A stretch of DNA of 64,000 nucleotides from NCBI RefSeq assembly GCF_021869535.1, contig NW_026262734.1, positions 100,626,001 through 100,690,000 on the forward strand. Direction: 5' to 3'. Both the position numbers and the translations under genes were made by a program. The notes under the pieces were generated by a model. It was given only the letters and a program-made list of their open reading frames with translations. It had not been told where the DNA came from and did no database searches. Numbering within the stretch: the stretch's first letter is position 1; every line of letters starts with the position of its first letter. Of the stretch, positions 10,965 to 22,955 are shown piece by piece. This DNA is from Mytilus californianus. Its lineage: Eukaryota.

Positions 10965-13773
10965 TATGTATATATATAGCCAACCATTATATCTAGATCA
11001 TCAACAATAGTGGATAAAAACGTATATTGTCTTTTCTGAATTGATCATAGTTGTATTGATATAAGCATTTAGTATTTGTACATTATCCTGTCTGAGTTAA
11101 TATTGAAGTAAACAGTTCACATACCATTTAATTACATAGACGAACTCCACCCTACAAAGAAATCATAGACATAAAGACAAACATATAAAACGAGCCACTC
11201 ATTGTCCGAATACTAGTAGTCTAACTTGGAAAAGGGACAAAATGTTGTTGGCGTCACTAGTACATATTTTTTGTAACCATTAATATGAAAATAAAAATAT
11301 CTTAAAGTAAAGAACCACTAATTCGGCTCCTGTTAGATAAAACATACAAGAAAGTAGTAAGTATGTTAAACAAAATAGTTCCTACTCATAGCTCTCACTT
11401 TGCCAATACGTAAATTATTTGGAAAGTTTTGGTATCAAAAAGTAAAATAACAACAATACCGAACTCCAAGAAAAATTAAAAACGGAAGGTTCCTTATCAA
11501 AAGGAACAAACATAATCGCAAACAGATCAAACGAATGGAAAACAACTGTCATATTCCTGACTTGGTAAATGAAATCTTTATAAGGATTTGGGATCACTGT
11601 AGAACCTTTTTTAATGATATAATATATAATTGATATTAAAATTGGAGGAAATGTTTTCTTCTGTTGCTCAAATCAGAAGTGTATGCTTTTCTTCTACCAA
11701 ATCTTGGGAATCAGTGCTATATAACATGCACAAGTCAGGTACATGAAATTAATGTAACTTTATTTTAACTTAAGACACAATAGGAATATGACAGCAGGAA
11801 TATGGCAGTTGTTATCCATTCGTTTGATGTGTTTGAGCTTTTGATTTTGCCATTTGATTAGGGACTTTCCTTTTTGAATTTTCCTCGGAGTTCAGTATTT
11901 TACAAAGAACTATTTTTAGAATTGAAATTTTCAGTTTAAGGTTTAATGATTAGTTAGATATTTGCAAATTATAAATGTGTCCGTTCATCAGTAACCGAGC
12001 CGTATATCGCAACTGGAATTTGTATATGGTTCATCAGTCGATTCATTTTTTCCATTATCTCACGGATGATTTCCGCTATGTTAGGTCAATTTATGTACAT
12101 TTAAATAAGTGTCTATCTCTTATCTGCATATGAGCTACGTCGAATAGAAATCAACCTTATGCAAGTGCATATATTAATGTACATGTATAAGACTTTGACT
12201 GATTTTGGACAAAAAAATACGAAATAAAAGATGAATTTTAGTCTGTTTTGTAGGGTTCTTTATCAACTCAATTTTCAAATAGTTACAGACTTTGCATAGG
12301 GGTTTTTAAACTCTAAATAGGTTAAAAAATATATTGATATCTAAGGTCAATTTATATCTGACGCAGCTCATATGATACAAGGTATTGATATATTGTTGGT
12401 TTATTTTCTATCTGAACTATTTAGTCGGAAAATAAAATAATAATATTTTTGAAATAACCAAAAATTCAGAATTCACATTTTAGTTTTTAATTATCTACTT
12501 GTAAAAAAAGTAATTTTCGTATAATCATTCTTTTAAAGTTTGTTTTCTTCAAAAGATTCTTCTCTTCTAGCAACTTATTGAATTCGGCAAAACTCAGTAG
12601 TACAACCAATGACAACCTTATTAAATTGGATTTTCTGAATGTTTTATGTTAAAAGCATGACAGTTGGATATTCAGTTGCATTTATTTCAGAAGCCATATG
12701 TGGTATGCAATTCTGTTGATAAAGTATCATATGGTTTTTGTACGAAGCACTACGGGATACAGACCCTCATTTCAAATAAAAATTGTTAATATTAACATCA
12801 ATAAAGCCTATTTTAAATAATGCATGATATTAAAAATGTTTTCTAGTAAGTGAATAGTTACACAATTTAAAACTAACCCGAGTACACGAATACGTCCACC
12901 AATTGCTTACACAATTATTTGTATGTTATCATTATAAATTGTATTACAAGGCAGTACATTTAGACTATGTGTTGTAGAAAACGAAAAAAGTGTTTCTTTT
13001 AAGATAAAAGATTGGGTGGCGACAGAGCACTATTTAGACTCGTATTTACCGAATGAATTATTGATTCAAATTTTCGTTTTTGTATATTTTAAAGTTAAAG
13101 AGGCAGTATCTAAGAAAAATCATATTTTGAGGTAAAAACTTTATAGCCGTTATTTGATAGATATCAATGAGGAAACATGATTCATGCCATTTTATGTACT
13201 CTAATGAACGTAATTAAAAGCAAAAACACTTCTTTATACCAGAGCTCAATAATTATGCAAGAATGCATATACACTCACGTCACGAGCGATGACCTAGACT
13301 TTTTTGAAAATCTTAGGTTAGCACACGTACATATAACATGTAATATATATGACATTTGTTTCACTTAAATATTTGATTAAATATATTTCATTTGCCTAAC
13401 ACTTAATTTTTCTATAATTTATTTTATAATCAAGTAGGAGAACTATTACACTTTCAAAAGTGTCATATATCAATAATAAGGATTTCTATTTGGATTTGAT
13501 GAGGGATAGACATTATTATATAGAGCTTAAAAACCCAAAATTCCGAAAAGTAGCGAAGAATACGATTAGAGCAATCTGTATACCTCGAGGTAGAAAATCC
13601 TTAGTGTTTTAAATAATTCAACAATTTATGAACAATTAATTTAAGGTTCAAACTGCCTCTGGCAAGTTTATCTTAGATGGATTTGGCTATTTTTCTTATT
13701 TCCCTTTTGGTCATATACCTCTTCACTTGTTTAGGTACTTATACATCCTTGGCTTTCAAATGTTTGACTTTGG

Positions 13774-13816
13774 GCGTTCCCTGATGAAGGTTAACCCAGA
13801 AAAGCGTTTCCGACGC
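13774..13816 (+). ncRNA. Family-1 hammerhead, core intact, stem I partly mismatched
   Basis: GCGUUCC-CUGAUGA-AGGUUAACCCA-GAAA-AGCGUU-UC-CGACGC. Confidence 0.6.
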
Positions 13817-14003
13817 ATAACATTTACAAAGTGTAATTATTTTGTTTTACGTAAATGAACATATCAATGATTTTCCATCTCAATACGAAAGTGTTGACTA
13901 CTGGCTGGCGGTAGCCTCAGAGATGAAACGTCCAACAACAGTGGCATCAATCCAGTGGTGACTTGTAAAAGCTCATCAAAGTTACCAGGTTTATAATTGT
14001 ATT

Positions 14004-14045
14004 CGCCAGACGCACGTTTCGTCTTCATAAGACTCGTCAGTGGCG
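14004..14045 (-). ncRNA. Minimal type I hammerhead ribozyme, family 2, intact
   Basis: Reverse complement CGCCA-CUGACGA-GUCU-UAUGA-AGAC-GAAA-CGUGCG-UC-UGGCG. Perfect stems I and II, full core, near-palindromic stem III. Confidence 0.85.
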
Positions 14046-14689
14046 CTCGAAATCAAACAGTTGGAATGCCAAACAAATATGATGAGATGTAGAGCGTAAA
14101 AGCCGTTTTATCAAAGTTATTGGTCTACTAGGATACAATGTTCATTTGGTTAACACATTTTACACAAATGTTTGAGCTTTTGATTTTGCCATTTTATAAA
14201 GGACTTTCCGTTTTGAATTTCCCTTGGAGTTCGGTATTTTTGTTATTTTACTTTTTATTATGCAATAGGACTTTGTACGTATGAGCATTTATTAATTCAA
14301 TCCAGGGTGATATGAAAAGGGCGAGTTTCAAAGGAATTATTGTCCAACCGATACATATTCAACTTACCGATAAAAGACAATTTTCGATAAAACTAGACAA
14401 CCAAGTACAAAATAAAGCCGAATCGTGGCAAAGCATATGGAATATAATCACATATTATTGGTAAGTCATCCCGCTATTTTAGAAATGAAAATGGCAAAAG
14501 GATCTTAAAAGGCAAAATGAAAGAACTAAGAAAAGGCTTTGCTAACATATATTTCTACGATCGAATTCCCCTATGCATCGTATTCTAGGGTTTGCATTTC
14601 CTATCATGATTTCCTTGATATTAGGTTGGTATTCACAAGAATTTAATCAAAGCCTTCAAATAGTAACGATAAAGTCATTCCGTCGTTTT

Positions 14690-14850
14690 ATGGCCTCCAT
14701 CATGATTTGTTTGGTCGTTAAGGAATGTCTGTGTTACAAATAACCATGGACATGTTCCACCTGTCCTAACCACGATGCCTTCTCTTATCCTCATTTGTAC
14801 CATCAAATAATTTCATCATAGATACATGGATTCAAATTTTATATATACGC
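14690..14850 (+). mobile_element. Degenerate 3' fragment of a Penelope-like element
   Basis: Similar to 48485-48690 (KFY..HH.LV.RY region). Confidence 0.55.
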
Positions 14851-15975
14851 CAGACGCCAAAATTATCACCAAATGCGACCAATCGCTAATGTATATTTGC
14901 AATGAATGACAACACGATGACCACCAGTAGAAAGTAAAATAACAAAAAAACCGAACTCAAAGGAAAATTCAAATCGGAAAGTCCCTTATAAAATGACAAA
15001 ATCAAAAGCTCAAACACATCAAACGAATTGTCAACAACTGTCATATTCCTAACTTGGTACAGGCATTTTCTTATCTAGAAAAAGGTGGAGTGAACCTGGT
15101 TTTATAGCTAGCTAAACTTCTCTCACTTCTATGACAGTCGCATAAAATTCCATTATATTGACAATAATGTGTGAACAAAACAAACAAACATAATAGGTAA
15201 AAATGTCAAAAATGGGGCAGCAACAACGTACTCTTCCGGAGCACCCGAGTTGATATGAAGGAGTTCCTGGTGTTTAACAAAACGTGTTTTATAAAACCCT
15301 GTTTTAAGTTTATATTATCGATAGAAGTTACAAGCATACTAGGATTGTCCTTCAATCCTGTCATTTTTAATTATGTTTTGACTTAATTCGTCATACGGTA
15401 TTATTTAGTATTGGCTAAACTTTATCATTAATGGTCGTTACTTCGGTACTTACTTTTGTTCACTTCCTCATATATGATTCAGAAATAACCAAGAAATTAA
15501 GGTTCAAACTCCCTAAGCTAAAGGTTGTATTAACAAGTGCGTATTCTTGGTCATCATTCTTTTTAAAATTTGAGCAAATTTAGCGTTCCTGGTTATAAGG
15601 TAAATTAAGCGCTTCGGACGCACCATATTTTCAAAGTGTTATTTTTCATATTGTAGTGGTTGATTTGTTTCAAAGCACTACCATATTTGGAAATGTTTTA
15701 CGATCATAATCACTTCAGAGGCGGATCCAGAGAGGTGTCACGGGTTGCACGTGACACCCTCTGAGGTAGGCAAAAATGGTGCACCATATAGTATACAATT
15801 TAAATTTGATTAATATACCAATTAGTCAATCACCAATAATACAATTGATTTACCTGAAGACATGTATTTGTTTACAATTGATTTGTAATGACCGACTGCT
15901 AATTGCTAATTCGGTTTCTTTGATGTGGAGGTATCAACTTCAAACGTTTTCGGTCTTCATTTTTTATAGATTCAA

Positions 15976-18612
15976 GATTCAATATTTTATTAAAGTCTCA
16001 CCACATACAAACATATAATAATGTTCACAGAATAACACATTAAACAGTTAAAACATTTGCAATGTATGCACCAATCTTAAAAAGAATTATGAGAGACTTT
16101 TAAACATTTACATTTGAAATTTACAATATTTACATGTATTTATACTACATGTATGTAAAGCATTTTGTTTCTTTTAAAACTATTGAAATAAAAATGTAAT
16201 TTCAAGAAGATTTTTTTCTTCTAGTTGTCTGCCCATAGACCGTTATTTGTTTTCCCGCGATACATGGGACATAACCATTCAGCCCGACAGGGCCGACTCG
16301 ATTAGACTTTTATCTTGCTTGTGTGAATTTATTTGATGTTTTATTTAATATGATTTGATTTGAGTAGAAATTATAAATTACTGAATATATTTTGTCGACA
16401 TAATATTATGTATCATAATGTGCAATTAAATTCAGCACAAGGCACTGTCGCGTGGGTATTCAATTTGAAACTTAAGTTTGGTTTTTAAAATAGGAGGCTG
16501 TGGTTATGTGTATAGAGTTGTGTAGTCTATGGGTGTTAGTAATTGTAGAAGAATACTGTTTCTTTTCAATAAAATGTGGTTTATGTTTTAGCAATAACAT
16601 TAGTAACATTCTCATAATTAAATAAAAAATAAAAATAAATTAACTATCTGATAGTAGGTTAAAACGTTCATTACAATGTATAGCTTCCTGTAGCATGATT
16701 TGTCTTAAATCTACATATAATGGGCATTTTAAAATGACATGAAGTTCATCTTCAATAACAGAGTAATAGTTAACACATGTCCTCTCATGAACTTCTTTTC
16801 TTTCATATCTGGGGCCTCGGTGGCCGAGTGGTCTAAGTAGTTACTACTGTAATCACTAGCCAATCAACACTGAGGTTGTGAGTTCGAAACCCGCTCGTGC
16901 GGGTGCACTCGACTCCAATCTCAATTGACTAGGATTGTCAATTTTCCTATCGAAAGTCGGTGGTTTTCTCCGGGCACTCTGGCTTCCTCCAACAATAAAA
17001 ACTGGCCACCACGAAATAGCCCAAAAGCGGTGCTTAAAAGTGGCGTTAAAACACCAAAAATAAAAAGAAATCAAATCTTTCATATCTTCCAGTTTCTACT
17101 GTAAGGGGAGCTAAATCGTGCGGAAGCATATATATTTATATATGTTACTTCCAAATTGTCTCAACCTCAAGGGTGGCTGGGAAACAAAAATATGGCCACT
17201 TTGGGTCTTCTTCCGACTGGCAGTAAAACCCTCGCAAAAGCGGGCCATTTGCGTGGAATTTGTGAAAAGTCAACGGTTTTAACACAGTTATGGATGAGGT
17301 TTGTTTATCATTTATGACCTGCATTCAAGTCACTATTTTGGCATCTAGTTTCATTGATTTCGTAGATATGCCATAGCAAAATAATGTTTTACTACTAAAC
17401 TTAGCGATGACAAATATTACGTGTTTTGTTTCAAGGTTGTTTACAAGGGTCGTGGAATAATTCTGTCACTGACACCAAAGACAATGACAACAGATACAAA
17501 GAAAGAGGACAAAGTTAATTCTGTCATGCAAACGACACTGCGAAGATATTTGATCTTACCTATCAATCTATAAATGGCTTGAAACGGTTCTAGGACATTG
17601 TACTAATTTCTTTTAGTCTATATTTCTTTTTATTCTGATATGCAACTGCATTCTAAAAATATCTTGTGGAGCGCTTGATATATTTATACAACCAATTTTA
17701 CAGCTCCTTATATAATCAGATGAAATAAATAGAAATGTCGTTGATTCTATCATGTTTAAAACGTCTTATTTTCAAAAGTAAGAATACGAGAAAAGTATTC
17801 CTGAACAAAAATTAAAAAGGAGAGGGTCTCTTTCAAATTCCTTTTCTCCCACTTGCACTCATTTATGTATGAGAAGGATTTGATGTCATCTAAAAACGCA
17901 GATATTTTGCATGCTTGTTTCTGTAAATAAAATTCGAACATGAATTGAAGTAACTACGGAATTATCCATGTATTCATTCGAAATTTCACATCAGTCGCTT
18001 TCATTGTAAAACAAAACTCCAAGGGCCTCGAACTTGAAGTATGTTACATCATTGTCCCGGGTTACATCGAGGATTCAGCGCTAACATACCTGTTTAACCC
18101 TGACACATTTTCTTTGTGCCTGTCCCAAATCAAGAGCCTGTTATTCAGTGTTGGTCGTTGGTTGTTGTCTACAATATATGGGTTTGTTTATTGTTTTATC
18201 ATAATTTGTGCCAATGATTTTCTCGTTTTCTCATTTTGTCATGCCGGAATCATTTATAACGTCCTATATACGATACGTGTTTTGCTCATTGTTGACGGCC
18301 TTACGGTGATCTAAAGTTGCTTTACATCTACTTCTTTTGGCCTCTGTTGAACAGTTGTCTCATTGGTAAATATGCCATATCTGCTGATTTTGATAATGTT
18401 GTTAGACACTCCGGTTGTAGAATTTCATAATTGAAAACTTCAAAAAGCCGACATTCAAAGTATATGACAAAAAGATTAGAATAACGAAAATTCATCACCC
18501 AAAATCTGAGATTAATTATTGCGATTTCAGTAAAAACTTAATTCAGATATATGCATCAGATACCGAAAGTGAGCTCTTATTATTGCGATATTCACGTAGT
18601 CGCATTATTAGT
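15976..18612 (+). repeat. Local direct duplication, copy 1 (LINE remnant plus repeats, carries an extra SINE)
   Basis: Colinear high similarity to 19484-21893 from GATTCAATATTTTATT to GCGATATTCAC..AGTCGCAT. Confidence 0.9.
16811..17075 (+). mobile_element. tRNA-derived SINE, full length, 12-bp TSD
   Basis: A box GGTGGCCGAGTGGT, B box GTTCGAAACCC. TSD TCTTTCATATCT at 16799-16810 and 17076-17087. Empty site in the duplicate at about 20300-20313. Confidence 0.95.
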
Positions 18613-18614
18613 TC

Positions 18615-18765
18615 CATATATAAATATTTGAACAATGAGCACATCCACAGACTGGTGAGAAGAGCAGCAGTTCTTCCAAGGGTACCAACTGACAAGATGG
18701 AGGACGTCTGGTTTCAAGCTCTCCAAGACTTAGAGGATGCAGATACCGACTGTACAGTTTGCAGA
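18615..18765 (+). mobile_element. Mutator-like (MULE) transposase fragment
   Basis: HIHRLVRRAAVLPRVPTDKMEDVWFQALQDL resembles the post-catalytic region of invertebrate MULE transposases (recognition from memory). Confidence 0.55.
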
Positions 18766-19483
18766 CTCAGCATCGTATATCTTTTACACTTGTAATAGAA
18801 TGTTTCATGTGAAAATAAACTCATCATAAATACCACGATTGAAATTTTGTATTTGCGCCAGACGCGAAAAGTGCTTGTATAAACTATTCAACAATTGTTA
18901 TCAGACCACATATGTAGTGCTTTTTGTCAATCTGCTAAATGTTTGCTTATGTTATATGTATTGTTTTCTGTGTACTCTGTGTACAAATAAATAATATATT
19001 ATTCAAAATTAATTTTTTCTTCTTTTTATGCTATGAAAAAAGTATGAAAATATCTTCCACAACTCTACAAAGTTTCAAGAAATTCCATCACGTAATATGG
19101 GAGGATATTACAGCACAGACAAATATAGAAATATTGAAATAAAACCATCAAAGTCCAAAGAGTTTATTGTAGAATTTGTGTAAACTGGAATTCCTGACAA
19201 TATGCACATGTTGACTTTGTGATGCAACACTTTTCAAAGTTTCATTTTAGGAGAATCCGTATTTGTTCAAGCAGTAACAGCAAAAAATGATTTTCAACAA
19301 CTTGACAAACATGAACTAGATTTAGCTACCTGTCATTTACCTATCTGTTTAATTAGTATGATTGTTTTGATAAGCATGCACTTTTGTTGTGATAACTACT
19401 TACACCTATTCCTCGAACGCCAACATAATTCTACAGGTAAATTGTCGGTAGATCAAAGGATGTTGGCATTCAAGGAATAAACT

Positions 19484-20640
19484 GATTCAATATTTTATTA
19501 GAGTCATACCACATACAAACATATTACAATATTCACAGAATAACACATTAAACAGTTAAAACATTTACAATGTATGCACCAATCTTAAAAAGATTTATGA
19601 GAGACTTTTAAACATTTACATCTGAAATTTACAATATTTACATGCATTTATACTACATGTATGTAAAACATTTTGTTTCTTTTAAAACTGGTGAAATAAA
19701 AATGTAATTTCAACAAAATTTTTTCTTCTAGTTGTCTGCCCATAGACCGTTATTTGTTTTCCCGCGATACATGGGATATAACCATTCAGCACGACAGGGC
19801 AGACTCGATTAGATGTTTATCTTGCTTGAATGTTTTATTTAATATGATTTGATTTGAGTAGAAATTATAAATTACTGAATATATTTTGTCGACATAATAT
19901 TATGTATCATAATGTGCAATTAAATTCAGCACATGACACTGTCGCTTGGGTATTCAATTTGAAACTTAAGTTTGGTTTTTAAAATAGGAGGCTGTGGTTA
20001 TGTGTATAGAGTTGTGTAGTCTATGGGTGTTAGTAATTGTAGAAGAATACTGTTTCTTCTCAATAAAATGTTGTTGTAAGTTTTAGCAATATCATTAGTA
20101 ACATTCTCATAATTAAATAAAAAATTTTAAAAAAATCACTATCTGATTGTAGGTTAGAACGTTCATTAACATGATTAAAATGTATAGCTTCCTGTAGCAT
20201 GATTTGTTTTACATCTACATATAATGGACATTTTAAAATGACATGAAGTTCATCTTCAATAACAGAATAACAGTTAACACATGTCCTCTCATGAACTTCT
20301 TTTCTTTCATATCTTCCGGTTTCTACTTTAAGGGGAACTAAATCGTGCAGAAGCATATATATTTATATACATTACTTTCAAATTATCTCGACCTCAATGG
20401 TGACTGGGAAACAACAATATGGCCACTCTGGGTTTCTTCCGACTGGCAGTAAAACCCTCGTCAATTCGCTTGGTTATGAGGCATGTAGAAATACGCAGCA
20501 ACGTCCGGTCACGTTAAATTAAGATCCCATTCTTTTCCTATGACGAATTTGTGAAAAGTCAACGGTTTTAACACAGTTATGGATGAGGTTTGTTTATCAT
20601 TTATGACCTGCATTCAAGTCACTATTTTGGCTTCTAGTTT
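19484..20640 (-). mobile_element. 3' end of a CR1/L2-type LINE (C-terminal CCHC region); duplicated at about 15976-17340
   Basis: PLKVETGRYE...ERTCVNC...IEDELHVILKCPLY motif, with many stops upstream. Confidence 0.8.
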
Positions 20641-21893
20641 CATTGATTTCGTAGATATGCCATAGCAAAATAATGTTTTACTACTAAACTTAGCGATGAC
20701 AAATATTACGCGTTTTGTTTCTAGGTCGTGGAATAATTCTGCCACTGACACCAAAGACAATGATTTATACAACAGATACAAAGAAAGAGGACAAAGTTAA
20801 TTCTGTCATGCAAACGACACTGCGAAGATATTTGATCTTACCTATAAATGGCTTGGAACGGTTCTCGGATACTGTACTAATTTCTTTTAGTCTATATTTC
20901 TTTTTATTCTGATATGCAACTGCATCCTAAAAATATCTTGTGCAGCACTTGAAATATTTATGCAACCAATTTTACTGCTCCTTATTTAATCAGATGAAAT
21001 AAATAGAAATGTCGTTGATTCAATCATGTTTAGAACGTCTTATTTTCAAAAGTAAGAATACGAGAAAGAAAAGTATTCCTGAACAAAAATTAAAAAGGAG
21101 AGGTCTCTTTCAAATTCCTTTTCTCCCACGTGCACTCATTTATGTATGAGAAGAATTTGATGTTATCTGAAAACGCAGATATTTTGCGTGCTTGTTTCTG
21201 TAAAAAAAAATTCAAACATGAATTAACTACGGAATTATCCATGTATTCATTCGAAATTTCACATCAGTCGCTTTCATTGTAAAACAAAACTCCAAGGGCC
21301 TCGAACTTGAAGTTTTTTACATCATGGTCCTAGGTTACATCGAGGATTCAGCGCTAATATACCTGTTTAACCCTGACACATTTTGTTTGGGCCTGTCCCA
21401 AATCAAGAGCCTGTTATTCGGTATTGGTCGTTGGTTTTTGTCTACAATATATGGTTTTGTTTATTGTCTTATCATAATTTGTGCCGATGATTTTCTTGTT
21501 TGAATTGTTTCTCATTTTGTCATGCCGGAATCATTTATAACGTACTATATACGATACGCGGTTTGCTCATTGTTGACGGCCTTTCGGTGATCTAAAGTTG
21601 CTTTACATCTACTTCTTTTGGTATCTGTTGAACAGTTGTCTCATTGGCAAATATGTCATATCTGCTCATTTTGATAAGGGTTTTAGACACTCCGTTTGTA
21701 GAATTTCATAATTGAAAACTTCACAAAGTCGACATTGAAAGTTTATGACAAAAAGATTAGAATAACGAAAATTCATCAACCAAAATCTGAGATTAATGAT
21801 TGCGATTTCAGTAAAAACTTAATACAGATATATGCATCAGATACCCGAAAGTGAGCTCTTATTATTGCGATATTCACTTAGTCGCATGATTAG
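19484..21893 (+). repeat. Local direct duplication, copy 2
   Basis: See copy 1. Lacks the SINE. Confidence 0.9.
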
Positions 21894-22449
21894 CATTAAT
21901 AAAAACATCTCAGTAATTTCTGAATTTACAGTATGTCATTTTCCAAATATTACGCCATTGGTTATATCGCTAAACAAATATCAGACTTCAGGCAGTGCTG
22001 TCAGTAGTGGGGCGTCCATTTCCTTGTATTTTCGTTCACGTCCCACATTCATTTATACTTCGGCAACTCAAATTTCAATTTTCGAAACGTTAACTCGTAA
22101 ACTAACATGTCTGATGATCTTCCCGACATTCGACTTAGACCTAGAATTAAACGCAAACTTGAGAAGAAATCGTGCATTCAACATACCATCTGGGAACTAA
22201 TATACTTTTTGGCCGATAAATGTATCTATGATTAGAAGATATGTCTAGAATAGAGAATGGAACATAGTATATTCAACAAGTTGATAATGTTTGCAATTAT
22301 CTTGGTACAATGTACTAATGAAAGTATACGCACGGCAGAGGTCGAAAACGGGCATAAAATATTTCCTAACTCACTGCGCAAACGTACTTTTTAAAGTAAT
22401 TTAAGTCTGTCCATTTAACACAGGTGTATATAAGCACACAGATCTGCAA

Positions 22450-22607
22450 TTTTTCAACATTAGCGCATGCACACTTTTTCAACATTAGCGCATGCACACT
22501 TTTTCAACATTAGCGCATGCACACTTTTTCAACATTAGCGCATGCACACTTTTTCAACATTAGCGCATGAACACTTTTTCAACATTAGCGCATGCACACT
22601 TTTTCAA
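22450..22607 (+). repeat. Minisatellite, 25-bp unit TTTTTCAACATTAGCGCATGCACAC x6.3
   Basis: Units start at 22450, 22475, 22500, 22525, 22550 and 22575. One substitution overall. Confidence 0.97.
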
Positions 22608-22674
22608 ATGATTGGTGACATATCCAGGAGCTGTACGATCGATTAATCTTCAATTCAAAAAATCTGTATATTAT

Positions 22675-22955
22675 AAAATTGAGAATGGAAATGGGGAATG
22701 TGTCATAGAGACAACAACCCAACCATAGAGCAGACAACAGCCGAAGGCCACCAATGGGTCTTCAATGCAGCGAGAAACTCCCGCACCCGGAGGCGTCCTT
22801 CAGCTGGCCCCTAAACAAATATGTATACTAGTTCAGTGATAATGGACGTCATACTAAACTCCAAATTATACACAAGAAACTAAAATTAAAAATGATACAA
22901 GACTAACAAAAGCCAGAGGCTCCTGACTTGGGACAGGCGCAAAAATGCGGCTGTA
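22675..22955 (-). mobile_element. Terminal module also found at the 3' end of the Penelope-like element at 48697-48945
   Basis: GAGAATGGAAATGGGGAATGTGTC...GGCCCCTAAACAAA...GGACGTC shared. Confidence 0.8.
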
